Notes under the pieces: model-generated
Seen by the model: the letters and a program-made list of their open reading frames with translations, nothing else
Databases searched by the model: none
What the model was told of the DNA's origin: nothing
Made by a program: the position numbers and the translations under genes
Virus record (IMG/VR): IMGVR_UViG_3300026302_000005
Span: 273,301 to 337,300 of that record
Reading direction: 5' to 3' (one strand)
From: a virus
Lineage: Duplodnaviria > Heunggongvirae > Uroviricota > Caudoviricetes
Length of the DNA: 64,000 bases
Shown: positions 46,738 to 55,845 of the stretch, piece after piece
Layout of the letters: each line of letters opens with the position of its first letter
How positions within the stretch are numbered: the first letter of the stretch is position 1

Positions 46738-47849
46738 ATCAGATTTCCCATAACCGCATCAACCACAGTCTGCCGCCACGGCTTCAAGAAAGTCGCAGCC
46801 TTCTCATAGGCCCACCGCTCGACCAACTTGACGGCTTCGGTGAACCGCACATCATAGTCGGCTTCGGTGATCACCGTATACGGCTTTTCCAATGCATCCA
46901 ATCGTTCGAGTAGGTTGTGATGGAATTTCATCCGACCTTCATCATCCAGCACCCGGGTTCCATCCTGAACACGCGGGACCGTCGGTGCCAGCACCAGATA
47001 ATGGTCGATGGTCGATTGCCCTGATGCAACCCTGTCGGCCTGAGAGCAGGCTTCGCCCAGATAGATGGGAGCAAACATGCTGGTGACAATCGCCTCGGTA
47101 TCGGTGAAGCTGACAAACTCGCCGGATTTCTGTGCGCTCCAGATCATCGATTGTTGCATCCACACGATGTTGTTGAAATCCTCCATCGTCAAGTCTGGAC
47201 GAGCTTCACTGATGATCCGACCCCACTCGGGGGCATAGGTCGTGTTGAAGTGCTTTGCCAGCTTCTTGACCATCGTAGACTTGCCGGTGGATTCCGCACC
47301 CATCACGGCAACCGTGAGGCCGATGTCAGCTTTGGCCCAATCACTGACCATGTGGAAGTTTGCAAACGGAGCGGTGCGAACCATTGTTGCACTGATCGGG
47401 AACAGTTCTCGGTCAGGATCGATGGGAAACCACGTTGCCTTGGCTGTTCCCGCCCGAGGCCACCGCTTGTTGATCTGATCAGCGATCTCTGCACCATACC
47501 GATCCGATGTGAATACACGATCTGCATCCCACAGATACACCTGGTTCTGGTCCATCCAGAAATCCCAAAATGCCTTGTCCGTGATGGTGCCGGTGGTATC
47601 GGAGTTCGTCGGGCGGTCGTAATCCTGGTCACGAACGATTCTCCACGACTTCCCAGGAACCTTGGGAAGGGAGTTGAGGTAGTTGTGAACCCACCCATAC
47701 CGCTGTTCATATGTGAAGCAGTCCTTCACGGAATCACCCAAGAGGACGGTGAGTTCGGTGCAGTTGGACCAGGCCATGCGGAGCATGAATTCGTGTCCCT
47801 TAGTGAGGGGCATAAAGCGACCGAGTGTGATACCTTTGTTCATGACCAA
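46734..47849 (-). CDS. nadR: NadR-like bifunctional NMN adenylyltransferase / ribosylnicotinamide kinase
   Basis: N-terminal nucleotidyltransferase motif GRFMPLTKGHEFM (HxGH type) plus C-terminal P-loop GAESTGKST. Confidence 0.7.
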   Translation of the reverse strand: MVMNKGITLGRFMPLTKGHEFMLRMAWSNCTELTVLLGDSVKDCFTYEQRYGWVHNYLNSLPKVPGKSWRIVRDQDYDRPTNSDTTGTITDKAFWDFWMDQNQVYLWDADRVFTSDRYGAEIADQINKRWPRAGTAKATWFPIDPDRELFPISATMVRTAPFANFHMVSDWAKADIGLTVAVMGAESTGKSTMVKKLAKHFNTTYAPEWGRIISEARPDLTMEDFNNIVWMQQSMIWSAQKSGEFVSFTDTEAIVTSMFAPIYLGEACSQADRVASGQSTIDHYLVLAPTVPRVQDGTRVLDDEGRMKFHHNLLERLDALEKPYTVITEADYDVRFTEAVKLVERWAYEKAATFLKPWRQTVVDAVMGNLI

Positions 47850-47863
47850 TCTCCTATCCGCCC

Positions 47864-47892
47864 CATATAACAGGTCTTGATGGCGGCGTCAA
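47864..47892 (-). promoter_or_regulatory. sigma70-like promoter for nadR (TTGACG-17 nt-TATATG) followed by a GGAGAT RBS
   Basis: Read directly on the minus strand between the pnuC terminator and the nadR ATG. Confidence 0.4.
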
Positions 47893-47917
47893 CAAAAAAG
47901 GCCCGCCTAAGCGGGCC
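47891..47917 (-). terminator. rho-independent terminator after pnuC (GGCCCGC-TTAG-GCGGGCC plus TTTTTTGTT)
   Basis: Hairpin plus T-run on the minus strand. Confidence 0.6.
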
Positions 47918-47939
47918 CTTTCGCAATTGCAGTGAATGA

Positions 47940-48794
47940 TCACCAGGAAGCATATCCGGCGTTGTGAGGCACAATGGTCCCATCCGAACTGGTCGAGTTT
48001 TCGGCATCCCACCGGCGCTTGATACCCGCGACAGCCGCTGCACGATCCTCTTTCCATTCGCGATACCAGGACACGAGACCGTATGTGGCCAAGCACAGGA
48101 AGATCACGTAGAGACCGGAGGTCACATAGAGTTCTTTCTGCCAGTAGACGGGGATCGCGATGATGTCCACGGTGATCCAGAGCAGCCAGTTCTCCAGATA
48201 CTTGCGAAGCATGATGATGCTGGCGATGATGCTGAGCCACATGATGGTGGCGTCGGCCACGGCGAAGTCTGCACCAGCAGCAACCATCTTGGGAACCCAC
48301 CAGGCCATAGCCGCCACAAAGAGAACCACCCACAGAGCCCGAGCCTTGTAGTCCAGGACCTTGATCTTCATGCTGTCGGTCGGGCTCAGCGTGGCTTTGA
48401 CATCACCAAACTTGTTGCCAACCCAGTCCCAGATGGTCGGACCCCACTTCCACATGACGAAGCCGACGATCTGGAGCGGGGCATAGAATGCCCATTGCAG
48501 ATACATGTCGGAAAGCAGGTTGTATTCCTTGAACAGATAGCCGAACAACAGAACACCGGCGAGGCCGAACCAGTAGTTGATCAGCTTCTGCTTTGCCAGC
48601 AGATAGACGTTGACCAACAAAAGGGCCGAAGCGGTAAACTCGATCAGGCCGAGCCAAGAGTTGAAGTAGTTGAAGATCATGCCAGCGTTGAACAACACAA
48701 CGGTGAGGAAGATCGAGGCGAAAGCGGCACCCAAGATCGCGATCTTGGTGTCGCGAGCGAAGTTCGGACCATGCCGGTCACAAAAATCGGACAT
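47940..48794 (-). CDS. pnuC: PnuC-family nicotinamide riboside transporter
   Basis: Multi-TM protein with Trp-rich PnuC-like segments. ATG 48794 has a GGGAGA RBS (the track start at 48854 is a GTG). Adjacent to nadR. Confidence 0.65.
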   Translation of the reverse strand: MSDFCDRHGPNFARDTKIAILGAAFASIFLTVVLFNAGMIFNYFNSWLGLIEFTASALLLVNVYLLAKQKLINYWFGLAGVLLFGYLFKEYNLLSDMYLQWAFYAPLQIVGFVMWKWGPTIWDWVGNKFGDVKATLSPTDSMKIKVLDYKARALWVVLFVAAMAWWVPKMVAAGADFAVADATIMWLSIIASIIMLRKYLENWLLWITVDIIAIPVYWQKELYVTSGLYVIFLCLATYGLVSWYREWKEDRAAAVAGIKRRWDAENSTSSDGTIVPHNAGYASW

Positions 48795-48850
48795 GGTAGT
48801 CTCCCAATGGAAAGGTTGGAGGTGACCGGTATTGGTCACCCCCGTTGTGA

Positions 48851-48988
48851 TCACTCGGTCGCGACGGCTTCGTCGTCCATGCTGTGCAGGAACGATTCGG
48901 TCATGTTCATCACGGTGAATGCGAGGACAAGAGCCACGACAACCAGCGCGATTTTCTTCGGTCCGAGAGATTTGAGTTTTTCGATCAT
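48851..48988 (-). CDS. small membrane protein (45 aa)
   Basis: Not in the track. RBS AAGGA. Single TM helix. Confidence 0.3.
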   Translation of the reverse strand: MIEKLKSLGPKKIALVVVALVLAFTVMNMTESFLHSMDDEAVATE

Positions 48989-49035
48989 ATGAAAGTCCTT
49001 GCGGCGGAATTGCCTGGGTCTCCTATACGGACGAA

Positions 49036-49197
49036 TCAGGAGAATGTCAAGATCAATCCTTGCACCACGAACACAAACACGATGACCCCCAGGATGGCGG
49101 GGAGACCCGTCATCTTGTCGGCAGTGGATTCGGAGATTTTCGGGTAGGCAGTGATAGCCCGGTCGAACATCTCAGCAGCTTTGCTTTTTTCAGCCAT
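49036..49197 (-). CDS. small tail-anchored membrane protein (53 aa)
   Basis: Not in the track. C-terminal TM helix. Confidence 0.3.
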   Translation of the reverse strand: MAEKSKAAEMFDRAITAYPKISESTADKMTGLPAILGVIVFVFVVQGLILTFS

Positions 49198-49221
49198 GGT
49201 CGTTGTCCTATGATTGACCGG

Positions 49222-49590
49222 TCAGACCGGAGTTCCCTCGTATCGTGCAAGCGGGTAGTAATCGGTCAGATCGGCCTGAGCCGAAAGAAGCCGATCTTGA
49301 GCCCGATTGGCATTGATCTCCGCAAAGCGGAGTTCTCGCTCGAACCAGTCCTCCGGTGGTTTGACCACCAAGGTCCACTCGAACTCGGCACCGAACCACC
49401 GATCACCGGCCAGGCTCGCCCCTCGGTAACTCAACCAGGTCTCAACGAACCGGTTGAACTGGGTTTCCCCGCCTTCACGATCCTCCAGATGACCACATTC
49501 ATCATCATCGCTGTTCGGGGACACATCGATCAGATCGTATTCGAACTCTTTGTCACCGACCTCTCGGTGTTTCAGCCATACTTTTCCCAT
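49222..49590 (-). CDS. hypothetical protein
   Basis: ORF. Confidence 0.4.
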   Translation of the reverse strand: MGKVWLKHREVGDKEFEYDLIDVSPNSDDDECGHLEDREGGETQFNRFVETWLSYRGASLAGDRWFGAEFEWTLVVKPPEDWFERELRFAEINANRAQDRLLSAQADLTDYYPLARYEGTPV

Positions 49591-49597
49591 ATCGACC

Positions 49598-50089
49598 TCA
49601 TTTCATCAGAGGAAAATCACGCAGGATCGGACGCAGAACATCCTTGAACCCGAACACATATGCCGCCGTGATTTCTGCACGGAAGCACAGCATCATACCG
49701 TTGCCTGTCGGCACCGGAGGATGATCCTCGGGGTGCTTGATCAGGTCCGCATACTCCCGGTGCAACAGGTAGGGGTAGGTGGGATCGACCGACAGTGCTG
49801 CCGGGTGATCCATAGCCTGAGCCATGGTCACAGCAGTCTGGATTTCCATCAAAGAACCAGACAACGTGATGGTGGTGCCGAACCCATCGGCAGAACGAAC
49901 CCACCAATTGAAGTTACGCTCCACTGTCATATCGGTGAGCGGGTCGGTGCGGCCCGCAAGTCTGCGCTGCACATCGTAGGTGAACTTGTTTGCCGCATGG
50001 GCCCCATGAGCCACGGCCTTGCCCGGGTTCATACTGTCCAGGTCGTTCCGCATCAACAGATACAGATAGGGTGCAGGTGCATCAGCCAT
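49598..50089 (-). CDS. PTH2-family peptidyl-tRNA hydrolase-like protein
   Basis: Motif YLLMRNDLDSMNPGKAVAHGAHAA matches the PTH2 signature (vvRtDL.M..GKiaaQ.aHAa). Strong RBS AAGAGGAG upstream of ATG 50089. Confidence 0.55.
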   Translation of the reverse strand: MADAPAPYLYLLMRNDLDSMNPGKAVAHGAHAANKFTYDVQRRLAGRTDPLTDMTVERNFNWWVRSADGFGTTITLSGSLMEIQTAVTMAQAMDHPAALSVDPTYPYLLHREYADLIKHPEDHPPVPTGNGMMLCFRAEITAAYVFGFKDVLRPILRDFPLMK

Positions 50090-50510
50090 CGATTGGCTCC
50101 TCTTTGGGTTTCTGAGTGTCACGGATGAAGAAGATGCCCAGTGGGTATCCATTCGACACGTTGCATTCGGTTGCGTATCCGACGAGCGTGTATCGCCCAC
50201 CGTAGTAGATTTTGATGATCGCCTCGGCTTCGCTGCGGCTCATGGTCTGCCAGTTCTGCTTCCGACCACGCATGGCCTCGGCCCACTTCTCAGGTTCCCA
50301 GCCCGCCATGCGGTCCGAATAGACACCATCAACAGTGCGATCACCCGATTTGAAGTCCCGCCACAGGTAATAGCCACTGAACCCATAAGGAGATTCTTGC
50401 GGCGTCCGATTGTGTAGCCCAGGAGATACCCAGTCGTATTTCGGTCCACCGTAATAGGCGCGATATTGGTCAAAGCGATATGAGTCGCCTTCGAGGCGGG
50501 TTACGGCCAT
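50082..50510 (-). CDS. hypothetical protein
   Basis: ORF. Confidence 0.4.
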   Translation of the reverse strand: MAVTRLEGDSYRFDQYRAYYGGPKYDWVSPGLHNRTPQESPYGFSGYYLWRDFKSGDRTVDGVYSDRMAGWEPEKWAEAMRGRKQNWQTMSRSEAEAIIKIYYGGRYTLVGYATECNVSNGYPLGIFFIRDTQKPKEEPIDG

Positions 50511-50551
50511 GCGATTCTCCTGGTGACAGTTTTCTTACACATACGGGGTAT

Positions 50552-50848
50552 TCACTTGGTTGTCAACCCGATCTCTTCTGGAAGTTTGTTCCCCTTGTCA
50601 TGATTGCATCGTTCATGAGCAGCCCTGGTGTTCTCGAACTCATCGGCTCCACCTCTGGACACCGGGATGTAGTGGTCCAGGGTTTGATCATCCCCCATGG
50701 GCTGACCGCAATAGAAACACATACCCCGTTGCATCTTGGTTCGTGTCTTCAACCAAGATCGATGTCTATTCGTGTTGAGTATTCCACGAACCACAGCAGA
50801 GGGTTTGCGCAACCGGAACTTCTTCATGAGCCACTCCCTATTGAACAA
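50552..50848 (-). CDS. HNH endonuclease (98 aa)
   Basis: CFYCGQPMGDDQTLDHYIPVSRGGADEFENTRAAHERCNHDKGNK. Confidence 0.7.
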   Translation of the reverse strand: MFNREWLMKKFRLRKPSAVVRGILNTNRHRSWLKTRTKMQRGMCFYCGQPMGDDQTLDHYIPVSRGGADEFENTRAAHERCNHDKGNKLPEEIGLTTK

Positions 50849-51008
50849 CCATCAGTATGGAGAAAACCTGATTACTGTCAACACTAATATTCGGGCTTGG
50901 CATTATCAAACTATCATGCTAAAAGAGAATCACTGTCTCCCCAACTGCGGGGGGTTTACGCAAGTGGCCCCCCGACCCTTTTGCTAAATATGAGCGGGGG
51001 GAGATACC

Positions 51009-51299
51009 ATGAGCCAACCACCCGAAATTGCCGAATATAGAGATGCAGGATGCGTGTTCCGGCTTCACCGTGATACACGGGTTCTACAAGTCATCGGCAC
51101 TCCTGCGGAAGCCAGACAAACCATTGTTCGACTACGCCGAGAAGGTTGGCTTCCGAAGAACCTAAGAGCCATCCGGTTTTCAGGCGATCCTGCAATACTG
51201 TTGGTCGGCCCACACCTCACCATCTACATCACCACCAGACCGGCCCCCACTGAGAAGCCAGCCCCATCCTTCGTAGATATCGTTAAGGGCCTGAACTAA
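51009..51299 (+). CDS. hypothetical protein
   Basis: Plus-strand ORF. Confidence 0.35.
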   Translation: MSQPPEIAEYRDAGCVFRLHRDTRVLQVIGTPAEARQTIVRLRREGWLPKNLRAIRFSGDPAILLVGPHLTIYITTRPAPTEKPAPSFVDIVKGLN

Positions 51300-52069
51300 C
51301 CAGCCATCACCATCAACATCAAATCCTGGGCCGACATCGGCTCAGTCGGATGGGTGAGGTCAATCTCCAATCCAGGAATCACCCGTTCCCACGATTTGAG
51401 AGATCGGCATTTCTGAATCATCCCACCGCGATGTTCTATCGGGACCAACGATAGCACTGTGGATTTACAGATAGGTCCCCCATATCGGCGTTGAACCACA
51501 CCAGGCGGGCGATATTCTGTGGATTCTTTCATCGGATTGACCGGATCATACACGACTATCCGGTATCCCAACTCGGGGTAGAGCCAGGATTGTATCCGAG
51601 TATACACGTAGTTCTCAACCAGTGAACCATCATCCTGGACCCGGATGGATCGACAAGGCTGGTTGTAGCCAGGGTTGCTGCTGGGTATCCGATCAATCAC
51701 ACAACCATTCTTGGGCCCGAGATTGACATATGACCGGGATCGCATATCAACCAGGAAGAACCGGAGGGCATAGGTCATGTCCTGATCCTGAATGGTATGT
51801 CCAATTGGGTATACGATCATCCACTTGTCGGTATCCATGGCAGGCCAACCATGTGCCCGCATGGTTCCAGGCCGACACTCGATCAAATTGCTGAGGATTT
51901 TGGATGGGGTCTTGTCGCAGTTGTCCTGCACCCGTATCTGACTGATCCCTGGTGGAAATATCGACCTATCATTACTCCTGACAGCATCGATCCAGCCGCA
52001 GACGTGCTCGGCTGGAGGGATGTCAATTAGTGGGTCATCTGGGAGTATCAGCATACCCCCAGATATCAC
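51296..52069 (-). CDS. hypothetical protein (257 aa)
   Basis: ORF. Confidence 0.45.
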   Translation of the reverse strand: MISGGMLILPDDPLIDIPPAEHVCGWIDAVRSNDRSIFPPGISQIRVQDNCDKTPSKILSNLIECRPGTMRAHGWPAMDTDKWMIVYPIGHTIQDQDMTYALRFFLVDMRSRSYVNLGPKNGCVIDRIPSSNPGYNQPCRSIRVQDDGSLVENYVYTRIQSWLYPELGYRIVVYDPVNPMKESTEYRPPGVVQRRYGGPICKSTVLSLVPIEHRGGMIQKCRSLKSWERVIPGLEIDLTHPTEPMSAQDLMLMVMAG

Positions 52070-52084
52070 ACTACCGAGTAGATG

Positions 52085-52624
52085 TCAACTATCGATTCCT
52101 GGTGCGGTATCGCGGGGAAGCTCGATCACGTTAGGATCGGGTGTCGGCTTCTGGATGTTCTCGGAGGGCGGCGGCAACGCATGGATATCTGGGTGGTCGC
52201 GTTCGTCCAGCGATGGGTCGAATGGGTTCTCGATTATCACCCCGGGCGAATCAGTCCCCATGGCCTCATTCAGGGCTTCCTGTAGGTCTTCCGCCATTTC
52301 CTGGTCCCAGGGCCAAGAAAAGCTGCGGGGGTATTCCAGCCCGTCCCACATCAGGACCATATAGATGCGCTCGCCCTCTACGAAGTGGTGGGTCAGGATT
52401 TGAGCTTGCTCGACCACGGGCCGCTGGAACGGAAACATCAGTTCGACCGGTCGGGCCCGAGACAACAAGTCCACATTCATCATGAACAACCCCGGCAACG
52501 TGAACAGGAAGCCGAATACGATCATGGCTCGGCGATACGGGAACTCACGAACCACACCGAGAAATGCAATGACCGCAGCCACAATAGCCAAGGTGGTATA
52601 GATGATGGTGCCTTCAATCAGCAT
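52085..52624 (-). CDS. membrane-anchored protein with a Pro-rich C-terminal region (TonB/TolA-like architecture, weak)
   Basis: Two N-terminal hydrophobic helices and PPPSENIQKPTPDPNVIELP. Confidence 0.3.
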   Translation of the reverse strand: MLIEGTIIYTTLAIVAAVIAFLGVVREFPYRRAMIVFGFLFTLPGLFMMNVDLLSRARPVELMFPFQRPVVEQAQILTHHFVEGERIYMVLMWDGLEYPRSFSWPWDQEMAEDLQEALNEAMGTDSPGVIIENPFDPSLDERDHPDIHALPPPSENIQKPTPDPNVIELPRDTAPGIDS

Positions 52625-52633
52625 GATGTGATC

Positions 52634-53302
52634 CTATTCCTGGAAGTAGGGTGGGATGGAAGGCGTGGTGGATGCTGCCCCGACACTCCTGATCGGCACA
52701 TACAGGTGGTTCAGACTATCCGGATCAAGCGTCCCGTCGGCATTCAACCTGAACCGAACGATGGTGAGTTCTTGACCGATCTTGACTAGGTTCAGTTTCG
52801 TCTGCACGATCTGGGTGGGCTTTTCCTTGGACTCAGCACCGTCATCGTAGGTGATCGTGATGATCGCCGTAACTTCGACCGTCGGGTGGTTCCCAGCATT
52901 TCCAAACCAATGGATGTTGAATGCCCATTCCCCAGGAGGGACGCCACGAGAGAACATGACCTCATAGTTGCGCCCGGAGATGTCTGCGTAGCTCCCAAGG
53001 TCATCTCGCACCAGGCTCAATACCACGCCGTTCTTGTTGGAGTATCCAACCGGTGGTAGCCCGGGGGATAGTCCCCACAGATCGATATCAGCGTTGTATT
53101 CATCAGGCCAGTAGATTTCGACCCGAACATTCCCACGATCCCGACGGGTGTCCTCAGCAACACTGCTGAGTTCTGGATTGTTTGGTTGTAGAATCAGGAT
53201 GATCAGGATGGCCAGAAATCCACCCAGGAGGCCGAGGACGATATCTCGGAACGCCACACTATGTTCTGGTTCGTCTGAACTATCATCAAACCGGCTCATC
53301 AT
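52634..53302 (-). CDS. ExbD/TolR-like biopolymer transport protein homolog (N-terminal TM anchor plus an extended periplasmic domain)
   Basis: N-terminal segment EHSVAFRDIVLGLLGGFLAILIILIL resembles the ExbD/TolR EINxxPxIDVxLVLL region. Overlaps the upstream MotA/TolQ-like gene by ATGA. Confidence 0.4.
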   Translation of the reverse strand: MMSRFDDSSDEPEHSVAFRDIVLGLLGGFLAILIILILQPNNPELSSVAEDTRRDRGNVRVEIYWPDEYNADIDLWGLSPGLPPVGYSNKNGVVLSLVRDDLGSYADISGRNYEVMFSRGVPPGEWAFNIHWFGNAGNHPTVEVTAIITITYDDGAESKEKPTQIVQTKLNLVKIGQELTIVRFRLNADGTLDPDSLNHLYVPIRSVGAASTTPSIPPYFQE

Positions 53303-53886
53303 GCCCTCAGTATGGTTGTGAACATCTTGGATAGATCAACACGAATCAGATACAGGTTGATCATGTTCCACATCATGCATACGAGACCTGCAAGTGTGGT
53401 GTTGAACGCAGTGGTCAAACCGGACAGAAGCATCACGATGACGCCCTGGGACGCAGTTGGGTCACCAATCACAGAGGGGTCAACGTTGCTGAACGACAAA
53501 AGGATACCGATGACCGTTCCGAACAGCCCGAGGCTGACGAACAGAGTTCCCGCCAGCTTGGATATTCCCAGGTATTGACTGAATTCCTCAGCGATCAGGT
53601 CGCGTTGTTCCGCATCTCGACCATTCGCGGCATAGCTCTGGTAGACGAGGGTTCGGTCGGGGATGGTCTTCCATGACTGGTGAATGGACCAGATCGTAAA
53701 GAAGTTTGCCACCAGCGATCCCGCGAAGAGCACGATGATGAAGTGAGTGATGTAAGTCTGATCGATCAGGAACCGATCAAGCACACCGTTGTAGAATGCC
53801 GTGGCGGCTACCGCCACTAGGAATGAGTTGATGACAACCCACCGAGACAGAATAGTTGACTTCACAGACAGCATCGCATACTCCAT
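53299..53886 (-). CDS. MotA/TolQ/ExbB-family proton channel protein
   Basis: Signature LGLFGTVIGILLSF ... AFNTTLAGLVCMMWNMI in TM2-TM3. Three predicted TM helices. Confidence 0.6.
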   Translation of the reverse strand: MEYAMLSVKSTILSRWVVINSFLVAVAATAFYNGVLDRFLIDQTYITHFIIVLFAGSLVANFFTIWSIHQSWKTIPDRTLVYQSYAANGRDAEQRDLIAEEFSQYLGISKLAGTLFVSLGLFGTVIGILLSFSNVDPSVIGDPTASQGVIVMLLSGLTTAFNTTLAGLVCMMWNMINLYLIRVDLSKMFTTILRA

Positions 53887-54040
53887 GGTTGGCTATGCCG
53901 GTAACGACTAACACAGGTCCAGGCATAGCTCAATGGGTATTTACACAGCAGTCATTTTTTCTGTCATGGTTTTGTAACGAAAAAGGACCGCCCTTTTGCA
54001 CTCATTGAGTGTGGCGGTCCGTGACATCGTGTGGGGAATT

Positions 54041-54115
54041 TGGTGCTGGTGGGGAATTTTGAAATCCCGGCCTCCGACATACCAAGTCGATGCTCTGCCT
54101 CTGAGCTACACCAGC
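54041..54115 (-). tRNA. tRNA-Thr (anticodon GGT)
   Basis: Acceptor GCTGGTG/CACCAGC, anticodon stem TCGAC/GTCGG, loop TTGGTAT. Confidence 0.65.
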
Positions 54116-54248
54116 ATATGTCGGACTAACCGTGGTCCAACGCGGGCTGATTGCGGAGCCATCCGACCGACACCGGGAGTTCCACCCAGGAGACCATGGC
54201 CAACAAGTGACCGATGCTACATCGAGGCTCTCCGGCCTCTGTCAGAAT

Positions 54249-54323
54249 TGGAGCGGGTGAAGGGGGTCGAACCCTCGGCCTTCTGGATGGCAACCAGACG
54301 CTCTACCACTGAGCTACACCCGC
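54249..54323 (-). tRNA. tRNA-Gly (anticodon GCC)
   Basis: GCGGGTGTAGCTCAGTGGTAGAGCG...TTGCCAT. Confidence 0.8.
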
Positions 54324-54379
54324 ATACCTTCGCCCGGAAGCGAAGGGGGCCGCACCCCGTAGGGCTTGGCGTTGAATCT

Positions 54380-54453
54380 TGGAGCGGGTGATCGGATTTG
54401 AACCGACCTCTTTAGCTTGGAAGGCTAAGGCACAACCCCTATACCACACCCGC
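54380..54453 (-). tRNA. tRNA-Gly (anticodon TCC)
   Basis: Acceptor GCGGGTG/CACCCGC, anticodon stem TTAGC/GCTAA, loop CTTCCAA. Confidence 0.65.
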
Positions 54454-54500
54454 GTTACAAATCTATTTAGGACCTCAGATCGATTCTGTCAACAGGTGAA

Positions 54501-55844
54501 TCAAAAAAGATGTGAAATTCCTTCCATCGACTGGCCAGGTTGTCGCCATGGGTAGTCCAACGCCTCGTGTGGAATGGTATCCCTGACAAGTCCATGATAA
54601 AACCTGTTGGGCATACTGTAGTAGACAAACGCATCTGGAATGGTGTCTCGCAGATGCGACAGGTGTCGGTTCAGATTGTCAGATCGAACATAGTGGGGCC
54701 TAAGGATAGAGGTTGGCTCATACCAATAGATATTCGATAGTGAGTAGATCACCTGTTTGTGTCCACGAAATGTATCAACGAAATCGGCTCGTCCATAGCC
54801 GGTCATGATATCCAGGTTGTGGAGGTGATAGCGATGTCGGTATGCATTGAAGAAGCTGAGCCACTCCGAGGTGCCACCAAACCGATCCATCATCCCGGCC
54901 CAGAGTGTATCCAAATCCCCATCGACAACCACAGCCCTGGGGCCTGATATGGATTTTGCAAGAATATCACGTGGGTGCCGACCGTCCCAGTCATCCAGCA
55001 TGTATCGGTAGAGGGATTGGGCTACTGTTGAGCAATCGAATAGGACGAACTTGAAATCATCTGCCAGATCGGATTCTCGGGCTAGTTCGAACGGCATGAA
55101 CCCACTGGCCGGAACGACGATCCGTGAAACTCGTTCGTAACCCCGGGTGAATTCCCATACAGGTCGGTCTGTGTTCATCAAGTAAAATTTGGTTTGAGCT
55201 TCGGAGATTTTGCGTTCAACCTTTTCTATGTTGTAATAGAAGGCTTGGTCTGGATACACAAAAAATCGGCTGTGTCTCTCCTTGTTATTGAACGGACGAC
55301 ACCCACCGTTGGCCATACCAAAGGCAACCAGATCGGCACCCGGGGCCGGGTTGGTAACGTTGACCATACCCTCACCGATTCGGGCCCACTTCGGCGTATA
55401 GTCATCGTGGTAGTTTTCAGAGCTTCGCTCGATCACCGGCTTGATACCAGGAGTCGGTTTGTGCCAAACACCACTGGTGGTCCTAAACTTCTCCAGGTTC
55501 ACGATAAACGCTTGATCATGAAGTTCGTAATACCGTTCCCCGCGATCCAATACATGACCAATCACGGCGGTATCCTGATCGACGGTCGTCAGACTTCTCC
55601 AGACGTTTCTCATGAATGAAGCCGTAATATGGCTACCATACTTGAAGAACAACCCCCACTTGCTGGTCGAGGTTTTGGACAAAGCCAAGAGTTCATCGAT
55701 GCTGCTGGCTATCGTAACCTGATCGATATCAAGTGGTGATCGAAAGGCCGTGATGACGTCTCCGAACTGATCCAACAGGTTGAGGCAGATGCTGTTGGTC
55801 AGCGGATCATCCGACTGATCCATGCAAACAAAGATGTGTATCAT
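54501..55844 (-). CDS. hypothetical protein (447 aa), coupled downstream of the AspH-like oxygenase
   Basis: Long ORF. Confidence 0.5.
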   Translation of the reverse strand: MIHIFVCMDQSDDPLTNSICLNLLDQFGDVITAFRSPLDIDQVTIASSIDELLALSKTSTSKWGLFFKYGSHITASFMRNVWRSLTTVDQDTAVIGHVLDRGERYYELHDQAFIVNLEKFRTTSGVWHKPTPGIKPVIERSSENYHDDYTPKWARIGEGMVNVTNPAPGADLVAFGMANGGCRPFNNKERHSRFFVYPDQAFYYNIEKVERKISEAQTKFYLMNTDRPVWEFTRGYERVSRIVVPASGFMPFELARESDLADDFKFVLFDCSTVAQSLYRYMLDDWDGRHPRDILAKSISGPRAVVVDGDLDTLWAGMMDRFGGTSEWLSFFNAYRHRYHLHNLDIMTGYGRADFVDTFRGHKQVIYSLSNIYWYEPTSILRPHYVRSDNLNRHLSHLRDTIPDAFVYYSMPNRFYHGLVRDTIPHEALDYPWRQPGQSMEGISHLF

Positions 55845-55845
55845 A

